Position numbers and translations under genes: made by a program. From NCBI GenBank assembly GCA_044220955.1, contig JBGAQA010000009.1, forward strand, positions 89,422 through 103,123: a stretch of 13,702 nt of DNA, read 5' to 3'. The stretch comes from Sandaracinaceae bacterium (GTDB lineage Bacteria; Myxococcota_A; Polyangia; Polyangiales; Sandaracinaceae). The notes below the pieces were generated by a model. The model was not told the DNA's origin. It saw nothing but the letters and a program-made list of their open reading frames with translations, and made no database searches. The stretch's first letter is position 1. The number at the start of each line of letters is the position of its first letter. Shown here piece by piece: positions 1-6,800 of the stretch.

Positions 1-359
1 CGCTCGAACGCGTACCAGCGCTCGTTGACGATGTTCGTGCAGGCCTCGTCGTCGCAGAGCTGCGCTTTGACGTGCAGGCCCAAGGTGATCTCGCCGCCCT
101 CGGCCGGGACCGACACCATGACGGCGCGTCCCGCCGTCTCGAGCGCGACCGCGGGCGTGAGCCACTGCAGGCGCTCGACGCCGAACGCGGCCGTGCCCGG
201 GAGCACCTGCACGCGCGCGAAGCGGGCGCTTCGACCGCCGACCGTCGTCCCCGCCGCGCCGAGCGCGGGCAGATCCACGTGCAGCTCGAAGATCGCGTTC
301 TGGGCACAGCCGCCCAGCATCCAGGTCGCGAGCAGCGCGAGGCAGGCCTTCGAGCGCAC
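1..359 (-). CDS. Putative lipoprotein of unknown function (partial; 3' end runs off the window; not in the ORF track)
   Basis: Hand translation from GTG at 359, 2 nt after the upstream TGA at 364-362: MRSKACLALLATWMLGGC-AQNAIFELHVDLP...AQLCDDEACTNIVNERWYAFE. Basic n-region, hydrophobic core, LGGC lipobox. Open to the window edge with high GC at third codon positions. Confidence 0.8.
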   Translation of the reverse strand, partial: MRSKACLALLATWMLGGCAQNAIFELHVDLPALGAAGTTVGGRSARFARVQVLPGTAAFGVERLQWLTPAVALETAGRAVMVSVPAEGGEITLGLHVKAQLCDDEACTNIVNERWYAFE

Positions 360-361
360 GT

Positions 362-1117
362 TCAGCCCCCCACCGGGATGACGAAGCCGCCGCGCGTGTC
401 GAGCTGCGCGTCCTGCTGCAGCCACCAGCCGAGCACCGCCCCGCCCGCGATCGCGCACGCTCCGAGGACGATCGCGATCCAGAACCCGGCGTCCTCGTAG
501 ATCGGGTGCGGGACCGAGGGGAGCAGCGGCAGGGTCACGTCCAGGTCGAGGGTCTGACCGTCGGAGAGCACACCCTCCCATCCGAACTCCTGATGGGCGT
601 CCTGGCTGACCGAGACTCCGTGCGCGCCCGGATCGGCCTCGAGCACGAGCGGCTCGTCGTCCCCGACCGAGAGCGTGCGACCGTCGAGGCGCACGCGCAG
701 CGAGGCGTCCCAGCCGGGCGACGAGGCATGCGGCACGTCGTGGAGGCGAACGCGGGCCACCCGCGCGGCCTCGGTCCCGTACTGCCGCGCCGCCTCCGAG
801 CGCGTCTCGTCGTCGAGCTCGGCGGCGTGGTCGCGCATGAGCGAGTCGAACGCGTCGCGCGCCTCGCGGTGCCGGCCGAGCGACTGGAACGCGATGCCGA
901 CGTTGTAGAGCGCCGAGGGCGCGTGCGTCTCGGCGTAGAGCGCCTGGAACTGCGAGAGGGCGTCGGCCCAGAGCCCCTCCTCGGCGGCCTGCGCCGCGCA
1001 CGCGAAGCGCTGGGCAGCCGTCGAGCCGGGCCCGCAGGCCTGCGCGGCGGCAGGGCTCCCGGAGAGAGCGTGCAGGCCGATCGAGAGGCAGAGAGCGAGC
1101 AGGCCGGAGCGCGTCAT
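362..1117 (-). CDS. Exported TPR + PEGA-like protein with C-terminal transmembrane anchor
   Basis: 3' part of ORF 362..1534; the upstream Arg-rich part is antisense to the next gene. Start is ATG 1117 (MTRSGLLALCLSIGL...AAA|Q signal peptide), alternatively ATG 1132. TPR-like helices (GLWADALSQFQALY...ALYNVGIAFQSLGRHREARDAF), PEGA-like strands (VRLDGR...ADPGAHGVSV), and a C-terminal hydrophobic helix (FWIAIVLGACAIAGGAVLGWWL). Confidence 0.8.
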   Translation of the reverse strand: MTRSGLLALCLSIGLHALSGSPAAAQACGPGSTAAQRFACAAQAAEEGLWADALSQFQALYAETHAPSALYNVGIAFQSLGRHREARDAFDSLMRDHAAELDDETRSEAARQYGTEAARVARVRLHDVPHASSPGWDASLRVRLDGRTLSVGDDEPLVLEADPGAHGVSVSQDAHQEFGWEGVLSDGQTLDLDVTLPLLPSVPHPIYEDAGFWIAIVLGACAIAGGAVLGWWLQQDAQLDTRGGFVIPVGG

Positions 1118-1130
1118 CGTGTCCTGCTGC

Positions 1131-1157
1131 ATGATAACCGAGGCTCTCGGGTATGCT
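1131..1157. promoter_or_regulatory. Candidate compact bidirectional promoter
   Basis: TATCAT on the minus strand (1136-1131) and TATGCT on the plus strand (1152-1157) are placed symmetrically around the inverted repeat CCGAG-GCT-CTCGG (1138-1150), between divergent genes less than 50 nt apart. Confidence 0.5.
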
Positions 1158-3837
1158 CGACTTCGTGTCGCGCCCCGCCCCGAGCCGCCTGCTCCTCGCC
1201 GTCCTGTTCGCGGCCGCTTGCACGGGCGCGCCGGCGCCCGATCTCGACGCGAGCATCCGCGACGCCGGGCACGACGCGGCCACGAACGACGCGGGCCACG
1301 ACGCCGCGCCTCCCCCGGGACCTCGCTGGTGCGGCCTGTGTCACGTGGACGCGGACTGCGGCAACGCGCTCTGTCTCTCGCTCGGCTCGGGTGGTGCGGA
1401 GCACGTCTGCGGCGCGCAGTGCAACACCGACCTCGAGTGCGACGCGATCCGCGCCGACGCCACGTGCATGGAGGTCTACCCGGGCCTGCCGCGCCAGTGC
1501 GTTCCGCGGAGCGGCTCGTGCACGGTGAGCGCACGCGGAAGTCCCTGCTCGGAGGCGGTGCCGTGCACGGGGACCTACGACGTCTGCGTCTCGTTCGACG
1601 TCCGGGCGCCGTCCGTCTGCACCGCGCGATGCAACACGAGCGCCGACTGCCCGATCGGGATGCGCACCTGCGTCGCGGCGCGTGACGGGACCTTCTGCGC
1701 GCCCGATGCGACCTACGGGATGGACACGTGCGCGTCCGGTCGTAGCCCCGCCTCGCCCCTCTGCGCCTGCTCGGCCGAGAGCGCGACGTCGATTAGTGGC
1801 GCGCTGCTCGCCTCGAGCGGCCTCGACGCGTGCGACCTGCGCTTCGACGAAGCGGCCCTCGACGCCTTCGGCCCGGCCGCGGCGCACGACCGCTTCCGGC
1901 TCGACTTCACCGACCGCATCCGCTCGTACGCGCCCGAGGTGCCGCGCTTCGGCCACGAGATCGCCATGGTGCTCGATCACGCGGCCACGACGGGCACGCC
2001 GGTCACGAGCGCGCTCACCGAGAGCGCGACGCTCGCCGACCTCGCGCCGCTTCGTCCGAGCGTGCCGACCGACGCGACCGACCTGCCGGGCGAGCTCGCC
2101 GCTCTCATCACCGAGGCCGGCGGCACGCCGAACCTCGCCGAGCTCACGAGCGCGACGGGCAGTCTGCCCCCCGGCACGCAGGCGACGATCGCGCCCATCG
2201 TCCGCGCGACCCGCAGCGCGCTGATCGCGCGCGAGATGGCCCTGGCCGGGCTCGACGCGCCCACGAGGATGGAGGCGTTCGACGTGGGCTCGGCGATGTT
2301 CCTGCCGGCGGTGGGCTTCGCCATCTCGCCAGCGGACACCGGCACGCAGGGCCTGCTGCTCGGCGACGTCCGGACGGACGTGATCGCGCAGGCGGCGATC
2401 GACCTCAGCGCGACCCTCGAGACGTACGCGATCGAGACGCTGGTCGGGAACACCATCCACCTCTTCGTCGACACGCCGGCCGGCGCGATCGTGATGTCCG
2501 GAGACAGCGACGACGTGCACGCGAACCCGGCGATCTTGCTGCTCATCGACTTCGGCGGGGACGACACGTACCGCGGCGCGACGGGCGCCACCGCGTCGCC
2601 GGCGAACGGCGTGTCGGTGGTGATCGACGTCGCGGGCATGGACACCTACGGCTACGCCGAGGTCCCGGTCCCGTCGGACACGAGCGGACCACCGGACAGC
2701 CGGCGCCTGCCCTCCGACGGCGGTGGTCGCGCGCCGGCCGGCGCCACGAACGGGCCTTTCAGCCAGTCGATCGCGTCGCGTCAGGGCGCCGGCCGTCTCG
2801 GCATCGGCATGCTCTTCGACTTCGGCGCCGACGTCGATCACTACCGCGCGCTCCGGATGTCGCAGGGCTACGGGGCGCTCGGCGTCGGCGTGCTCTACGA
2901 CGGCGGAGGCGACGACGTGTACGAGGGGGAGGCCGCCGTGCAGGGCGCGGCGTCGTTCGGCCTCGGCCTGCTCTACGATCGCGGCGGCGACGATCACTAC
3001 GTCGCGTACGCGTTCGCGCAGGGCTTCGGGTACAGCCGCGGCGTCGGCACGCTCTACGACCAGGCGGGCACGGACGACTACTTCTCCCACCCCACCGACG
3101 TCCTCTACTACTCGCCGCAGAACCCGGGCGGCTCCAACTCGAGCTTCTCGCAGGGCGCGGGGTTCGGCCGCCGCGCGGACTTCGGAGACGGCGTGAACAT
3201 GTCGGGCGGGCTCGGCGTCCTTCGCGACGCGACCGGCGACGACACGTACACGGTCGGCATCTTCGGCCAGGGCACCGGCTACTGGTTCGGCACCGGGCTC
3301 TTGCTCGAGGGCGACGGCGCCGACCACTACGACGGCTGGTGGTACGTGCACGGCTCGGCCGCGCACTATGCCGTCGCGGCGCTCGTCGACGAGGGCGGGG
3401 GCGACACCTATCAGGTCGCGAGCCCGGGCGATCCGGCGCGAAACACCTCGGTCGGCGTCGGACACGACTTCTCGATCGGCTGGCTCGTCGACCGCGGCGG
3501 CGACGACGTCTACCACGCGCCGAACCTCTCGCTGGGCTCGGGCAACGCGGCCGGCTATGGGTTCTTCGTCGACCTCGCGGGCGACGACGTCTACACCGCC
3601 ACGAGCGACTTCTCGTTCGGGAACGCGTCGATCGAGTCGCCCGGCGACACGCTGCGGGCGATGGCCGGCACCCTCGGGCTCTTCGTCGATCGCGGCGGCG
3701 CCGACTCGTACACGCGACCGACTCCGGCCCCGGTCGCCGAGAACGCGACGTGGACCCAGGAACAGCACCCCGGGATGGGCGAGCACGGAGCGGGCGTCGA
3801 CGTCGCCAGCGGGACGGTCGGGCTGGGCCTCGATTGA
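1153..3837 (+). CDS. Lipoprotein with N-terminal Cys-rich domain and C-terminal Gly/Asp-rich D-x-x-G-x-D-x-Y repeats (probable Ca-binding beta-solenoid); function unknown
   Basis: 894-aa ORF with coding-like codon bias. RLLLAVLFAAA|C lipobox (Cys at 1219), DAGHDAA linker, Cys-rich segment ~1330-1835, helical Ala/Leu-rich middle, then about 12 repeats such as QGAASFGLGLLYDRGGDDHY. Start is ATG 1153 or in-frame GTG 1165. Confidence 0.85.
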   Translation: MLDFVSRPAPSRLLLAVLFAAACTGAPAPDLDASIRDAGHDAATNDAGHDAAPPPGPRWCGLCHVDADCGNALCLSLGSGGAEHVCGAQCNTDLECDAIRADATCMEVYPGLPRQCVPRSGSCTVSARGSPCSEAVPCTGTYDVCVSFDVRAPSVCTARCNTSADCPIGMRTCVAARDGTFCAPDATYGMDTCASGRSPASPLCACSAESATSISGALLASSGLDACDLRFDEAALDAFGPAAAHDRFRLDFTDRIRSYAPEVPRFGHEIAMVLDHAATTGTPVTSALTESATLADLAPLRPSVPTDATDLPGELAALITEAGGTPNLAELTSATGSLPPGTQATIAPIVRATRSALIAREMALAGLDAPTRMEAFDVGSAMFLPAVGFAISPADTGTQGLLLGDVRTDVIAQAAIDLSATLETYAIETLVGNTIHLFVDTPAGAIVMSGDSDDVHANPAILLLIDFGGDDTYRGATGATASPANGVSVVIDVAGMDTYGYAEVPVPSDTSGPPDSRRLPSDGGGRAPAGATNGPFSQSIASRQGAGRLGIGMLFDFGADVDHYRALRMSQGYGALGVGVLYDGGGDDVYEGEAAVQGAASFGLGLLYDRGGDDHYVAYAFAQGFGYSRGVGTLYDQAGTDDYFSHPTDVLYYSPQNPGGSNSSFSQGAGFGRRADFGDGVNMSGGLGVLRDATGDDTYTVGIFGQGTGYWFGTGLLLEGDGADHYDGWWYVHGSAAHYAVAALVDEGGGDTYQVASPGDPARNTSVGVGHDFSIGWLVDRGGDDVYHAPNLSLGSGNAAGYGFFVDLAGDDVYTATSDFSFGNASIESPGDTLRAMAGTLGLFVDRGGADSYTRPTPAPVAENATWTQEQHPGMGEHGAGVDVASGTVGLGLD
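2490..3712 (+). repeat. About 12 protein-level repeats, consensus (Q)G-x-G-x-x-G-h-G-h-L-h-D-x-x-G-D-D-x-Y
   Basis: IDFGGDDTY, IDVAGMDTY, FDFGADVDHY, YDGGGDDVY, YDRGGDDHY, YDQAGTDDY, RDATGDDTY, LEGDGADHY, VDEGGGDTY, VDRGGDDVY, VDLAGDDVY and VDRGGADSY read from the translation. The shortest spacing is 26-27 aa, with variable loop insertions. Confidence 0.8.
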
Positions 3838-3851
3838 GCTAGAGTTGCGGG

Positions 3852-6800
3852 ATGACCTTCCCGCGGCCTCGGTCTTCGCTCGCCTCGTTGCTCCTGCTGC
3901 TCGTCGTGACCCTCGTGGCGACGCGATGCCCGCGCGTACATCGACCAGGCCGACGGGACCGTCGTGCCGCAGACGACGCGCCTGCAGCAGTGCCTCGACC
4001 TCCCCGCGACCGCCGAGACGAGCGTCGGCGCGGTGGACGCGATCGCGAACGCGCAGGTGCTCCCCGAGGCGTACCGGCCCGTGTTCGACGCGGTGAGCGG
4101 GCACTACCGCGTCACGTTCCTCGACATCGGCGAGGGCGCCGGGTACCGGAACACCTTCGGCTGGTTCTGGGTCGGCACCGACGTCACGAACCCGGCGAAC
4201 CTGCACACGGTGTTCGGCTGCCGCACGTACGCGACGTGCAACTGCCCCTGCACGACCACGCGCACCGTCACCGTCGACTTCGACACGCAGACCGGCTTCG
4301 CCGCCGGCCGCCCGATCGGCTTCTGGCTCCGGAGCCCCGAGTACCTCGTCGGCGGCAGCGAGGGCGGCGCCTTCCCCGGTGGCTGCACGCTCCCCGTCGG
4401 CTGCGATCCGGCGGGCGCCAACGTCGACGACTCCTGCGGCGGCCGCAACGACACGAACAACCGCATCTACTTCACGAGCGCGGCGCTCAACGACGACGGC
4501 GACTACCGGCACTTCCTCGTCTATCGCAGCGCGACGCGCACCAACACGTACTACTTCGGCTTCGAGGATCTCTACCGCGGCGGTGACAACGACTTCGAGG
4601 ACATGCTCGTGCGCGGGACGGGCCTGGTGCCCGACTGCGATCCGCGCGCGGAGGCGTGCGACACCATCGACAACGACTGCGACGGCCTGATCGACGAGGA
4701 CGTGACCATGGCGTGCGCCACGGCGTGCGGGTCCGGCACGCGCGCGTGCATGGCCGGCTCGTTCGGCGCGTGCAGCGCGCGCATCCCGACCACCGAGACG
4801 TGCAACAACGTGGACGACAACTGCGACGGCACGACCGACGAGGGTCTCTCGCGCTCCTGCTCCAGCATCTGCGGCAGCGGGACCGAGATCTGCATCGCCG
4901 GCACCTACGCCGGCTGCACGGCGCCCACGCCCGGCATCGAGAGCTGCAACGGCGTCGACGACGACTGCGACGGGCCCGTCGACGAGGGCCTCACGCGCGC
5001 GTGCGCGTCGCTCTGCGGCAGCGGCACCGAGACGTGCACGGCGGGCGTCTACGGCGGCTGCACCGCGCCCGCGCCGATGACGGAGACCTGCAACGCGCTG
5101 GACGACAACTGCAACGGGCAGGTCGACGAGGGGCTGACCCGCGCCTGCTCGAGCGCGTGCGGCAGCGGCACCGAGGTGTGCGTGGCGGGCTCGTACGTCG
5201 GCTGCACGGCGCCGACGCCGCGCGTCGAGGCGTGCAACAACGTCGACGACGACTGCGACACGATGATCGACGAGGGCCTGATGCGCGCCTGCTCGAGCGC
5301 CTGCGGCACCGGCACCGAGACGTGCTCGGCCGGCGCGTGGGTCGGGTGCGACGCGCCCGCGCCCGGCGTCGAGGTCTGCAACAACGTCGACGACGACTGC
5401 GACGGCGTCGTCGACGACGGCAACCCCGGCGGCGGGGCGGCCTGCGTTCCCTTGCCGGACGGCGGCATCGGCGCGGCCGACGATGGAGGCGCGGCGGCCG
5501 ACGGCGGCGTCGTGTGCGCCAACGGGATGGTCGTCTGCGTCGACGGCGCGCTCACCTGTCGCGGCTCGACCAGCGGCTCGCGCGAGGTCTGCAACTGCAT
5601 CGACGACGACTGCGACGGCACCATCGACGAAGAGGCGAGCGGCGATCTCTGCCCCGGCGGCCTCTGCTTCGCCGCCGAGTGTCAGTGCATCGATCCGTGC
5701 GGCATGAGCGAGTTCGTCTCGTGCCCGCCGGGCCAGATCTGCGACGAGTCGCTCGCCGACCCCTCGATGGGGATCCGCGGCTACTGCGTGCTCGGCATGT
5801 GCGCCGGCGTGACGTGCACCGGCATGGAGGTCTGCAACCCGCTCACGGGCGCGTGCGAGGACCCCTGCGACGGGGTCATGTGCCCCACGGGCCAGGTGTG
5901 CCTCGGCGGCGGCTGCGTGTCGGACACCTGCTACGGGCGCGGGTGCCCGCGCGGCCAGCTCTGCCGGACGCCCGCCGCCGGCGGGACGCCCGCGTGCGTC
6001 GCCGATCCCTGCGCGAGCGTGACGTGCGCGGCGGGCCAGTACTGCGACGACGGAGCCTGCGTCGCCGACTGCGGCGCGGGGTGCCGCACCGATCAGGTCT
6101 GCGTGGACGGAGCCTGCGCCCCGGCCCCCTGCGGCGGGCACTGCATCGCGGGCGAGTCCTGCATCTCGGGCACGTGCACGATGAACCGCTGCACGATGCC
6201 CTGCGGCCTCGGCCGGGTCTGCCAGGGCACGACGTGCGTGGACGACCCCTGCGCCTCCATCCGCTGCCCGTCGGGCCTGACGTGTCGCGAGGGCGCGTGC
6301 TGGGGCAGCGGCGTCGGCGCCGCCCCGGTGCGCGGCCTCGCGGCGGGCGGCGGGCTGATCTGCTCGGCGTCTGCGGGCGGCCCGGGGAGCGGCGCGGCCG
6401 GCGTCCTCGGGCTCGTCCTCGCGCTCGCCGGGCTGCTCGCGCGCCGGAGCAGGCGCCTGCGCGCGTCGCGCCTGGCCCTCGCGGCATTAGCCGCCTCGCT
6501 CGGTGCCGGCGGCTGCACCGTCGAGCCGTACTGTTTCTCGGGCTGCGACGACGACCCCATCCGACTCGACGCCGGCGAGGCGGGCACGCCGGATGCCGGC
6601 CCGCGCGAGGACGCCAACATCCGTGTCGACGGCTGCGTGCCCACCGGCGCCGAGATCTGCAACGCGATCGACGACGACTGCAACGGCGTCGTCGACGACG
6701 GGTTCGACCTCGACGCCGATCCCGCGAACTGCGGCCGCTGCGGCAACGCCTGCGCCATCTCGCACGCGTTCCCGGCTTGCGCGGCGGGCTCCTGCGCGAT

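Noticed and set aside
2490..3712. RTX toxin
   Set aside because: The period is ~27 aa rather than 9, the protein has a lipoprotein signal, and no type I secretion genes are in the window.
3927..4586. Remainder of ORF 3852..4586 as an independent 244-aa lipoprotein (VATR-C)
   Set aside because: After ~25 codons it is Arg-rich off-frame sequence overlapping the real gene, and Arg before Cys is not a lipobox. A frameshifted signal peptide explains it better.
4651..5418. Regular repeats as a CRISPR array or mobile-element repeat
   Set aside because: The units are in-frame 144-nt coding repeats with synonymous divergence, no unique spacers, and no cas or transposase genes nearby.
1114..6141. 1675-aa minus-strand ORF
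   Set aside because: Antisense shadow of two well-supported plus-strand genes. It is Ala/Arg/Val-rich and mirrors their repeats (AVAVVVD is the reverse of DDDCDG). Long stop-free antisense frames are expected at this GC content.
3852..6471. Calling the gene traA
   Set aside because: Only the layout is analogous. The head looks DUF4114-like rather than PA14-like, and no traB (beta-barrel plus OmpA) gene follows.
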